NCBI GenBank assembly: GCA_010405405.1
Contig: MU004232.1
Coordinates: forward strand, 2,499,481 to 2,544,827
DNA: 45,347 nt
Direction: 5' to 3'
From: Microthyrium microscopicum
Taxonomy: Eukaryota
The notes beneath the pieces are model-generated. The model saw nothing but the letters and a program-made list of their open reading frames with translations, made no database searches and was not told where the DNA came from. How positions within the stretch are numbered: position 1 is the first letter of the stretch; the number at the start of each line of letters is the position of its first letter. Below are positions 24,651 to 34,817 of this stretch, in pieces. The position numbers and the translations under genes are program-made.

Positions 24651-26048
24651 TTACACCCGGTCTCTTGACCAGGAAATCTCCACCTCTTTCAGGACAGCGC
24701 CGTTTTTTATCTTGCTGCTTCGTGGATTGTGATTTCGTTCTGCAGTGACCGAGTTGAGCGGTATCGTGCCATCGTCTGGGTATCGCTCGTCGATTTCGCT
24801 GAAACCATATTGTCCTCCTGGACCTCGTCGACCGCTTGAGTTTTGTGAAGGCCAGTCGTATTTGGATGATCGATAGCCGTATTTTGGGTTGGAGCTTTGA
24901 GAGCTTCCGAGGCTGGTAATATGGCCGCCGAGGAACTTGAATGCGCGCTCCATGAGGGCCTTTAAGCAAGGTATGCATGCCGTAGTAATGCCAATGAATA
25001 GTTCTGCCATGCTAAGAACATCCTGGTTAGTAAAAGCATTCCAGGAGTCGCTAACAAGTACTCACGCAAGGATGGTTAATGTTGACCCAGCGAATGCTGG
25101 ATCCCTAGAAGAGAAGATTTTCCCCAACACTATTCGACTTGCAATACCGCAACCGCTTGCTACGAGACCTAGCGCCATAAGAACGATCAATACTATGCGC
25201 TCGCGAAGTGGTCTGTTGATTTTGCGAATGAAGAGAACCGGAAGCAGCGCGCATATAACATCCGAGATGATCAACAATGCTGCGAATAAATTAGTATATT
25301 GCTGGTCAATGGGCTGGAGATCACCTACTTGAAGCTGTGTAGGTCATTGAAAGAGTTTTGTTTGGGTCCCAGCAGGCTGTACGTGGTATTGTCATGTCCC
25401 AGTTAGCCTCGATAGGCCTACACGAGATGATATTGATGACAGTGGTGACGATAGCGGTGCCAATTGCGAAAAATCCCAAAATCCAAATGCTGTATTTCCA
25501 TTTTGGAGTGTGTTTGATGCGAAGTAACATGAGTAGGACCGATGCTTTGGTGAGTGTGATGCCCCATATCCAGACAAGTTGTGACATGAAGTTGAATTTT
25601 CCGGAGGCCATGATCTGGTCCGGGTTGAGATAGACGGTATGTAAGCCATGATTTACAGAGTATTCTACGCAGTTCAAAGTGAACATAACGGTTGCAAATA
25701 TCTATAGAGATAATTAGGAGATCTACATCTTTGGTCGCTTCATCGGAAACCTACAAAAGCACCAGTGATTGCATAGTCGTCTGATCCAAGGCCTCCAAAT
25801 GTGCCGAATCTAAGATATATTCGTGTAAAAAACGTGGCCAGAGCGAGAGCATAGAGTACTGAGGTAGAAGCGATCACTCGAACAAGGACAGTTTCGCTCA
25901 TGGGAGGAAGTGGCCCTGATGGGAATGGCCCAACGCCTGGTGGTGGACCGCCATTGGCTCCTGGTGGTGGAACTCCAGGAGGTAGACCTGGGAATCCAGG
26001 AGGAGGTGTCCCAGAGGGAGGCAATCCTGTGCCGCTGGAAAGCGACAT
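24651..26048 (-). CDS. PTH11-like (fungal rhodopsin-domain) integral membrane protein without CFEM; exons 26048-25755, 25701-25329, 25279-25066, 25011-24651
   Basis: TRIYLR..GSDDY, LTKASVLLMLLRI, CRPIEANWD, IISDVICALLP..RPLRERIVL..LG, AELFIGITTACIPCLK. Three canonical introns and a Pro/Gly-rich N-terminus. Confidence 0.88.
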
Positions 26049-28680
26049 GTTCCACTCGTGGAGAGCGGTCGTGGAAGAACTACAAAAAAACAAAACTATA
26101 GGAGGCCTCGCATGATATGTGATTCTTAAGAGCCAAGCCGCTAAAGTGATGGTGTACTTATCTCATGGAGGAAAAGGAAGTGAGCAAGGTTGCAAATAAA
26201 GTGATACACCAGGGACGGAATGGCATTCAACTTCTAATATGATTTTCAGCCTCCCCCGCAGGCCTGGTAAGAATGGAAAAGGACCCAGACTGAACAAGGT
26301 CAAAATGGGAGGCAGGCCTTTTGTTTCTACCCTGTTTCGACTCTCGAGCCTACCTGTATCTTAAGCGATGACCAGGTATGGAGTGGACTGAGGGTAGCCG
26401 GCAGACTTGCTACTTTGGTCTGATCCCCGTTGCACTAGTAATAATGCATGGAAGTTGTACACTACACACCAAATAGTCAGCGATATTATACACGAGCGTG
26501 CATTCGGAAGGATCCATTCACGATATAGTAGGCCTTGTCATTGACTCCACGTTGGGTGTCAAGGATCCGTGTGACATTCTTGGACATCTACACCGATGTG
26601 TACAAAACCCTACTTTCAACGACTTCTTCTAGTATTCCAGAACACCAATACAGAAACCACGTTGAAGGCACACTAGATCTATTGTGGTTCAGACACTCAA
26701 GAATAGATGATGGAACCGGGTTGACAATCTGCGACGTGAGCCCTGAATGGATGGACCACTACAGGTGCATCCCAGGTAGAAATACATCGCGCATGGGCTC
26801 TGGCTGTCAAAGTGTGTCAGTGCCTTTAGCCATCGATACCTGGTTCTTCTGCGCTCTGTGCCTGGGAAATTGGGCAACACTTAGAGCATAGTCAGGATCC
26901 TTACTTCTCGGAATAATTTGGCACATTACCGCGCATTGACACAGATAATAAACATTCGCCATGTAAGTGATAGGTGTTGTGCTGCAGCAGTCTGTGAGGA
27001 CGGAGATGAATGGAGTGCATACACACTGCATGTAGGTGCATACTTGAGAAGATTTGACATATGTTGGTGCAGAGAAGCTTCCATGGATTATCAATCTGTG
27101 ATTGGCCAGCAAGGAATCAAATATTTCATTCCTTGATTGCAAGACGCAACTGGATGCGATACTGGGGAGCCATGAGTCAAGGACGACAACGGTGGACAAG
27201 GTGAGGACCAGTTGACCGAAGGAGTACGGTCCGAGTAGCCGGGTAGGCATCGAATACCACTCAGTAGTGGTGAGCAGAAGGTGAACAGCAATGATTGCAA
27301 TCCGGAAGATGGTTGATTTCGGTTTGTGTCATAATTTGTTCCTAGGCGAAAAAGGCAACGCGTAACCCTACTTCTGTTATCGTTCCCTTCTCTTGAGAAT
27401 CACAATATAGTTCAAGAGCTATGATGATATCTGCCCTAAAAAGTTGTCCAGTGTCTAGTTGGTTATCTGGAATGGTGGGATGCCTCGGGTGGGACTGAAC
27501 GGTTACAGGGTACTGATCGGAAGTCGGTCTGAGGAGGGAACTGGAACCCAACCTTGTTCGACCTTAATCGTCAATAAAATGAAGTCAAAACAAAGTGGTG
27601 AAGGAATTGCTGACTCTTGGTAACATTTACGACTCCGGATTCGATATTGTGAAATGATATACAACGTGCAGGTAGGTAACTGTGGCATAAGCCGAGGAAG
27701 CTTGTCCATGGGAAGATGTTGCTTGATTTCCTGGGAAGTAGATCTGCAGCAATGAAGACAGACATAGATTGCATATGCCACAGAGCACGCTAAGTGATAA
27801 GTATGTGCGTATATGAATTTCTTCTGTTTGGTACTTCGTATAAGTCCCGAACCATGGAAGAACCTTTCAATTGGTAGCGAGAACTTTCAGATCTCTGGGA
27901 CAGGTCAACGTGTCGACGATGGTGTGTTGAGTGTTACACGATACGATGACCAACCAGATAATAGCAACGCCAGCGAGGCTGGGTTGACAGCCCTGCTAGA
28001 ACTGCGGAGAAGGCATGTTCAACATGCATCGAGATCGACATTTGACGACCTGGCCTCGCATGCTTGGTGCAGGGCGGCGGGGAAGAAAGCTGTGGTGATG
28101 AGACGGGCCCTGGGAGGTTAAAATGGCTCGCATGAGAAGTGACATAGGATTGACAGCTTGCTGGACTATGGTAAGCGATGGTCCTTGATCAGGAGGACGC
28201 GATTGAGTCGCTTCAGCACATGGATGGTGTTTCTAGGAACGATGGGCAGCTGCAGGAGGCCAGACTCTCAATAGGCTCGCCGTCTCAACATCATTTGACA
28301 GTGTGCGGTGTCAGTGCCATCAGCATCAAAATACGACGCGGTAGGACTCGGACTCTCTCGTGATGCTCAACATCTGTAGTCTTACGTTACTGGATGAACA
28401 TACGATGTGAGGTTGGAACTTGGTAGGCGCGAAAGAATGTATTTGAGCTTACCATATCGGGCAACAATGTAAAAAGCACTTACCAAAAGAGAGTAGCTCC
28501 ACGTGTTTGACTGGGATACTGCTTCCTTACCACCTCTTGGCACTCGCGACTGCCCCACCAAAGTCGAGTGGAGACGCTTTGCTTTGGAGACAAACGCATG
28601 GACCACCCGTATGTACCCTAGTTCCAACTTCAACCTTTTTTTCCTTGCGCGACGTTCCTTGATGGTTCCATACCGATATA

Positions 28681-29616
28681 ATGTCATCTTCCAAGCGCAA
28701 CGAATGGCTTGAGGCCGACCTTGACGATGAAGAGTCCGACTCAGGACACATTGATCAGGAGGAGAGCCGTGGCCAATCTCTTTCTCATCGCTCAGCCAAA
28801 CGCCGGAGAGTTGATGATCCAATCGACGAAGACATTTCCGACTATGAACACGAGAGCGAAACGGGAGAAACAATCAGCAGCCAACAACCCGAACGCAAAC
28901 CATCAGCGCTCGAAACTATCCCCAAACTGAAAACGACTTCAAAGATTGACAAGAAAGTGGCTAAAGTCAGAGACGCTTCATCTCGTTCTGGAGTCATCTA
29001 CATATCGCGAATACCACCTTTCATGAAGCCACACACAATAAAAAAGTTTCTGGCACCCTATGCTCCGAGCGGTCTTGGTCGTATCTTCTTGACTCCTGAA
29101 GGTTTTGACTCTCGTCAGTCAAGATTGCGAGGTGGAGGGAATAAAAAGCGCACATTTGAAGATGGATGGGTAGAGTTTCTGTCCAAAAAGGATGCCAAAA
29201 TCACAGCGGAGACATTGAATACAAGGACCATTGGCGGAAAGAAGGGAGGGTACTACACCGACGATGTCTGGAATCTCAAATATCTGAAAGGCTTCAAGTG
29301 GCACCACTTGACTGAACAAATAGCGAATGAGAATGCTGAGAGGTCTGCACGCATGCGCGCAGAGGGAGCCAGTAGCAGGCGCGAGATGAACGAATTCCTC
29401 CGGAATGTTGATCACTCCAAGATTGAAGATACGCGAGACCAAAAGAGAAAAGCCAAGGCACAAAAGCATGATTTATCGCCATCGGAAACGAAAGAAGCCC
29501 CAAAGTCTTCTAGAACTGCCAATGAGTTTCAGCAAAACGAGCCGTTGACATCTAAAGGATCGTTGAAACACTCATCTCCGGGTGCAGAACAACAACTTCC
29601 CGGAAGATTATTTTAG
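28681..29616 (+). CDS. ESF2: Pre-rRNA-processing protein Esf2 (ABT1 family, RRM)
   Basis: SGVIYISRIPPFMKP, LGRIFLTPE, FEDGWVEF, IGGKKGGYYTDDVWNLKYLKGFKWHHLTEQIA. Confidence 0.95.
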   Translation: MSSSKRNEWLEADLDDEESDSGHIDQEESRGQSLSHRSAKRRRVDDPIDEDISDYEHESETGETISSQQPERKPSALETIPKLKTTSKIDKKVAKVRDASSRSGVIYISRIPPFMKPHTIKKFLAPYAPSGLGRIFLTPEGFDSRQSRLRGGGNKKRTFEDGWVEFLSKKDAKITAETLNTRTIGGKKGGYYTDDVWNLKYLKGFKWHHLTEQIANENAERSARMRAEGASSRREMNEFLRNVDHSKIEDTRDQKRKAKAQKHDLSPSETKEAPKSSRTANEFQQNEPLTSKGSLKHSSPGAEQQLPGRLF

Positions 29617-30728
29617 CAAGCCACCAGTTTCACGACATAATGACATGACAAGACCCCACTTTGCAGGATCTCGTATAGCCGCTGAACCCACACAACTATA
29701 ATTCTACTTCATAGTTAAGACCTGGATCTACGTTAAGGATCTTTAATATGTGTTTTCTTCACATTTTTTCTCCAATCAAGAAGGCATACTACAGACCATA
29801 AATTTCTCAAACCTGAATCGTCTACCTAAAATAATTCGAGGCTCGTTTTTGGTGAGTCTTACTCCGCACACTGATACAATCCACAAGCATGACACGACAA
29901 TGATAATATGAAATACTTGTAAGTATATCAAGATCAATTCCTTGGCCTCTAATACGTGGGCAAAGCAGCTGGTCTGCTTGAAATAGCGATGATGCTGTAG
30001 GTCGTGATTTCGGCTATGGGAGGACGTCTTTGATATGATCCGCTGACATGTCTCTTTGGTCAAGCTTTATACTTACTATTCTTAAGGACCTTTGGTGAAA
30101 TACGATCAGGCCGGTGCTACACGAACAATTATGCCCATTCACACATTTCACACTCCGTTTACCTCGGTGCCTCCTTAAGACCGTAGTGTTTTTTGTTTAG
30201 CACGAACAGTTAACCTGTTCTTGACCTTATTTGATTAATAACTACTATCCATCCTGTGCTGGTTTCTTGTAGTCAGCAAGACTGAACTGAATGCAATTAA
30301 TTACTTAATGAACTCGATTGATTCTGTGATTAAGTGGGGTTTGAAGCATTCTCAATGGCCTTCAAACAATCTGTGTTGGTAAACACTGCCTCTTCCAGCT
30401 TCACATAGCAACGTGAATTACCACAAACAGCAGCGATGGCTGCTGCCAACAGCCCCTTCCAATTAAGGGCATCCTCATTCTTCTCTACTGATTGAGCTGG
30501 GAAGTCGCGAAGTCACTCAAGAACATTACGTAGTACTCCACATGATATTTAAATTTCTCTGCCCTCCTCTCATTCTCCTTAGCCTTTTGGAGTTCGAATT
30601 AAAAAATTGTGCTTGACATCAATTCTACATTCTGGGTCAAGCACTGTCTTATATCTCTTCGTTCTCTAACATCCTGTTGCCGACGATTTTTCTTGTCTGT
30701 CCACCAGTCCAAAATCGAATAACCCAGC

Positions 30729-32453
30729 ATGGACTTCAAATTGCCAAAAGCTGACGGGCTATTGAACCCTTCAACACCCGAATTCGTGCCAGTGAGTCTC
30801 TACTCGCCAAGATCAGATATCAAGCAGCGAAAAGCAACTATGTCAAATGGTAATAGTTCTACCGGTAGTCCATTGAAAAAGTCTTGGAGTCTTGGTGATG
30901 CAGCCCGGCTTGCGATTCAGGAAAGTTACCATTCCGCAGCTAAAGAAAATCCCGGAGACAATGATGGCGTACAATCTCTACACAGCAACTCGGACTTGCG
31001 CAGTCATGTTACACCGGTGGCTCCGTCCACGCCGAAGAACAATCCTACCACAGTACGTTTTGGAGACCTACCGCAGACGAATAGTCCTTATTCGCAGATT
31101 CGGGTTGAGCTTCCATTTCGACCATATCTGGGAAAACTCGATATTATCCCATTCCCTACCCTGAGCTCGTCTGAGCAACAGCGGTCAGCCTTAGGTCAGA
31201 GCTCAGAGGTCTATAGACAGGCAAACTTCCCTGTGCTTCCATACCAGGAGCACAATGATAGCGCTGTTCCGGTGCCCATGAGAGCAGCTATTGACCCAGT
31301 TGCCTACCATAGTTCAGCGCAACCGGTTCGGACGGTTGCGTCCCGAGGATGTGAGGATATTTTCAACATACCCCGAGAGCCACGAAGCAAGACAAAACCA
31401 TTCCTGGAGAACACAAAGAGTCATGCAGTAGTTGGCAGTATCAATGCTCCAAAAACAAAACTCCATCAAAAGCCTGAGGCGGCCGCCGGATTTGCTTGGG
31501 CTAGTTTGTCCGCAATTCCACAGCTACGAACAACGCTGGAACCTGTGCCTCCACTGCATGAGCTGCGCTTTGGCAAGCCCATTGACAATCGACGCCCAAG
31601 TCAAAAGAAAAACCTGCTACTAGACCTCCCAGATCACATCAAAGAAATGATCTGGAAGTACGTTCTCTACGGCTTGATTCCTTGCGCCTATCTTGCCCAT
31701 TCACATCTCACATCCATCACATTCAGTCCCAAGAGCGGCCAGACCTGCGGCCTCCCTCAAGCAGCGCTCAAGTTCCGACACCTCGTCGAGCTCGTCAAGG
31801 CTCTGGCCATCAGTCACCAAGTCTTCGAAGATGCCAGCAAAGTTTTCTGTGCATCCTTTCTCCCGCGCATGGCCACTGAATTCTACAATCTTGAGGACTA
31901 CAACAATGCCATCGCATACCTCCTTCCACGCTGCCCAAACCACATGATCTTGTTCACCGGTAACACGCGCATAAAAGGCCCACCACCAACTCATTCGTGC
32001 CACTATCTGCGCTGGGAGGCTCTTCTCTGCACCCGTAACGACAAGACGCGCCCAGCCAGCCTATCCGCTCATCACGTCAGCCTCGAACGGGACATGAGCA
32101 ATGTATACGATGACTACGTAATCCGCAGTCATCGCTCGCCGTATAGCTATGACCTACAGGGTATCAATGTGGACGGCACTGTGGGCGACACGTTCTGGTG
32201 GTTGCATACATTCTGCGACTACGTATACGAAAATCGCGCGCATTGGAGCCGTATTCGTCCATTGATGGCTGATTTTGTGGAGCGAATGCGCAGTTGGCAG
32301 CAAAAGCATGGTATTCCGATGCCAGAGAGCGTCAAGCTTGCGGTGATTATTAGTGTGGACAGCACTTATGAGAACATGAATCCGGCGGAGTGGAAGCAGA
32401 GCTTCAGGAATATCTATCAATTGCTGCATCAGTGGCGGGCGGATTATTACTGA
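30729..32453 (+). CDS. Hypothetical 574-aa protein with N-terminal PAM2-like motif and central F-box-like motif
   Basis: Long intronless ORF. LNPSTPEFVP at residues 12-21 and LLLDLPDHIKEMIWKYVL near 31614-31667. Confidence 0.7.
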   Translation: MDFKLPKADGLLNPSTPEFVPVSLYSPRSDIKQRKATMSNGNSSTGSPLKKSWSLGDAARLAIQESYHSAAKENPGDNDGVQSLHSNSDLRSHVTPVAPSTPKNNPTTVRFGDLPQTNSPYSQIRVELPFRPYLGKLDIIPFPTLSSSEQQRSALGQSSEVYRQANFPVLPYQEHNDSAVPVPMRAAIDPVAYHSSAQPVRTVASRGCEDIFNIPREPRSKTKPFLENTKSHAVVGSINAPKTKLHQKPEAAAGFAWASLSAIPQLRTTLEPVPPLHELRFGKPIDNRRPSQKKNLLLDLPDHIKEMIWKYVLYGLIPCAYLAHSHLTSITFSPKSGQTCGLPQAALKFRHLVELVKALAISHQVFEDASKVFCASFLPRMATEFYNLEDYNNAIAYLLPRCPNHMILFTGNTRIKGPPPTHSCHYLRWEALLCTRNDKTRPASLSAHHVSLERDMSNVYDDYVIRSHRSPYSYDLQGINVDGTVGDTFWWLHTFCDYVYENRAHWSRIRPLMADFVERMRSWQQKHGIPMPESVKLAVIISVDSTYENMNPAEWKQSFRNIYQLLHQWRADYY

Positions 32454-33035
32454 AACTGGTTGATATGGACCGACTCCAAGTATCAGCTTGGTTTCAGCGG
32501 CTCTAATGGCCTGCTTTGAGCTCATGTTGTGCTTTTAAAGGAACTCATGGGATCGACGGTTGGAGAGGTGTTTACAATGGCTTCGGCTAGGGTAGTCTAT
32601 ATGGTCGAAACAGACTCTTAGGTCATGAAGATGTATGTTTGATTATTGGCAATGTTTTAATGATAATGATTCATTGTGATATAGAGCGAGGCTTATCAGG
32701 ATAAGTGATACAGACAACTTTAAATGTATGAACTCACTCACTGCATCTTTCTGTGTCATGTAGCAAAATAACATGAGAGCTTCCGGTACACAATCAAAGT
32801 AAACAGTCAGTCTAATGGAACTCTAACAATAACATGTAATCACAATTCTCACAGCACAAAACATGGTTACGAATAACAATTTGAATATATTTCTGAAAAA
32901 GGAGTGCTATGCACAAAGAATCGAAGAAAGGGTTCGCACGAAGAATTGGAGAAAAGTCTCCGACAATTTGACTTACCTTGCCCACCTGCGAGTCATCAAG
33001 ACACGCCATGGCAGACCTTATAACAAGAGACCGCA

Positions 33036-34595
33036 TCAATGATGCACAGTATTGGGCCTGTTGATAGGAGATCGATCAAACAAGCTATCAACACTGCTCT
33101 CATTGCGCGCCTTACCAGCCTTGAAGCCACGCGACCGCTTACGATAGCACAACAAGCCACCAGAGACAAGCAGAACTGCAAGCAGAGCGCCAAATAGACC
33201 CCAAGCAATCGTCTGGCCCTGAATCGCCTTATAGCGCTGATCAACGACCTGTAGATACGCATCCGTGCCCACGGTGCTAGTCTGCGTAGCCACAGGCTGC
33301 GTAGGCATAGCCTGAGAAGTATCGCTTGGCAATAGATCCGAGGGCAGAGCAGACGCATCATCGCGCTTTGGCATCATGTGTGCTGGCAATGTGGCCTCTG
33401 GCGCAGGGACATAGTCGAAATCTGCGCCAGGTCCGTACTTGCTCTGACGTCTGCTGATTGTTGGAGCGTCAGTGGGTGCAGAGCGCTTGTATGGTGTCCA
33501 GGGGACGCCTATATAGCTCATTAAGCTTTGCCAGCAGTATTTGTCGTCTGGGCTTGGATACTTTGGACACTTGTGGGAGGCGTAGGTTATTGTTGTTTTG
33601 GACGATTTTGGTGGTGGCGGCGGCGGTGGTGGTGGTGGAGGTGCAGCTGTTGTTATAGCATACGTTTGAAGAGGTTCAGCTGGCATGACTCCATCGCCGC
33701 TGAGGCCTCCGCCGCCTGTATAGTAGATGGGCAAGTAGGGCAAGTCTGATGCTGCTGGAGGAGGTGGTGGCGGAGGTGGTGTTGTTTCTGGAGGGGGAGG
33801 AGGATCCGTTGCTGGTGGAGGTGGTGGAGGAGGATCCGTTGCTGGTGGAGGTGGTGGAGGAGGATCCGTCGCTGGAGGTGGAGGCGGAGGAGGACTCAAA
33901 TCAGCTATTGGCTGCGCGGAGAAGCCTGGATCATCTGCTGGTGGTGGTGGTGGTGGTGGTGGAGGATCCGCTGATGGAGCTGGAGCCGCCGGAGTTGGAG
34001 GTGGAGGATTGTTCAAATCAGCTATTGGCAGCGCGGATTCACCTGGGCCCATATCGGCTGGTATGCTGCCAAAGTCGCCAAGTGCTTGACTAATCTGGTC
34101 AAGACCGTCACGTTTGGCTACAAGAGGGTTGCCGACGATAGGAGAATAGTCAAGGGTGATGTTGGCTGGCTGGAAATCAGCAGGGTAGAATATGCTCACG
34201 TAATAAGTCTTCATGTCGAAGAAAAAGGAGCTCGTGAATCGAGGATCGACCAGACTCACCATGTTGATGTACGAGGTGGTTTCGTGGTCGGCATCGAGGA
34301 TGCTAAGAGCGTTCTTTGGCTTTGTACTGGCAAGCAGCGTAGAAGTTCCATTAGCAGTGGAATTACTACCAAGAGTATAATTCCCTGCCCCGGTGGTCAA
34401 AGTCTGATCCTGCGAGACATTGTTCGCACCTGGAAATTCAAGCTTGATCGTGGCCGGTGGAAGCAGAGTTACCGGATAAGAAACGATGATTGTCGTGTTG
34501 GGGTTGAAGAAGATGTCATGCTCTGTGAAGTAGTTATTGACAGCGCTGATAACGGCCGGCGATATCAGGCTATTGAGAGACTGAGTTGGAGCCAT
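33036..34595 (-). CDS. Proline-rich single-pass membrane protein (519 aa; the true start may lie upstream)
   Basis: Long ORF with N-glycosylation sequons in the first third, polyproline repeats, dibasic sites and a TM helix IAWGLFGALLAVLLVSGGLLCY followed by RKR. Confidence 0.75.
   Translation of the reverse strand: MAPTQSLNSLISPAVISAVNNYFTEHDIFFNPNTTIIVSYPVTLLPPATIKLEFPGANNVSQDQTLTTGAGNYTLGSNSTANGTSTLLASTKPKNALSILDADHETTSYINMVSLVDPRFTSSFFFDMKTYYVSIFYPADFQPANITLDYSPIVGNPLVAKRDGLDQISQALGDFGSIPADMGPGESALPIADLNNPPPPTPAAPAPSADPPPPPPPPPADDPGFSAQPIADLSPPPPPPPATDPPPPPPPATDPPPPPPPATDPPPPPETTPPPPPPPPAASDLPYLPIYYTGGGGLSGDGVMPAEPLQTYAITTAAPPPPPPPPPPPKSSKTTITYASHKCPKYPSPDDKYCWQSLMSYIGVPWTPYKRSAPTDAPTISRRQSKYGPGADFDYVPAPEATLPAHMMPKRDDASALPSDLLPSDTSQAMPTQPVATQTSTVGTDAYLQVVDQRYKAIQGQTIAWGLFGALLAVLLVSGGLLCYRKRSRGFKAGKARNESSVDSLFDRSPINRPNTVHH
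33745..34030 (-). repeat. Coding polyproline repeats (PPPPPPATD x3; PIADL..PPPP x2)
   Basis: On the + strand, GGAGGATCCGTTGCTGGTGGAGGTGGT recurs with a 27-nt period and TCAAATCAGCTATTGGC occurs twice. Confidence 0.85.
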
Positions 34596-34817
34596 CTGTA
34601 TGGTGTGATGTTTAAAGGAGTGTGACTTGTTGGAAATGTGATTGGGGAGTATGAGAATTTAAAGAGCATATTTTATGTCTACAAGTAAAGACCCTTGTTG
34701 ATATTGTCTACGTCAAAGGAAAAGACGAGAGACAAACAAAGCATCTTTGGCGCTTAGGTCGCCTCGGTCTTGTGTTATAGACAAGGCTGAACAAAGAATT
34801 GCTCATAAAGTATTATC

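Noticed and set aside
26535..28380. Short Cys/Trp-containing ORFs between the PTH11-like gene and ESF2
   Set aside because: No consistent exon chain, signal peptide or family motif could be built. Treated as intergenic, although a small gene cannot be excluded.
629..32453. A ubiquitin-themed gene cluster (UBA1, UCH-like, F-box-like)
   Set aside because: The genes are 10-17 kb apart and separated by unrelated housekeeping genes. Such families are common enough for chance co-occurrence.
33745..33970. Regularly spaced repeats that might suggest a CRISPR-like array
   Set aside because: They are in-frame polyproline codon repeats without unique spacers, in a eukaryotic gene.
34086..34625. 179-aa plus-strand ORF
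   Set aside because: Antisense shadow of the proline-rich membrane protein gene.
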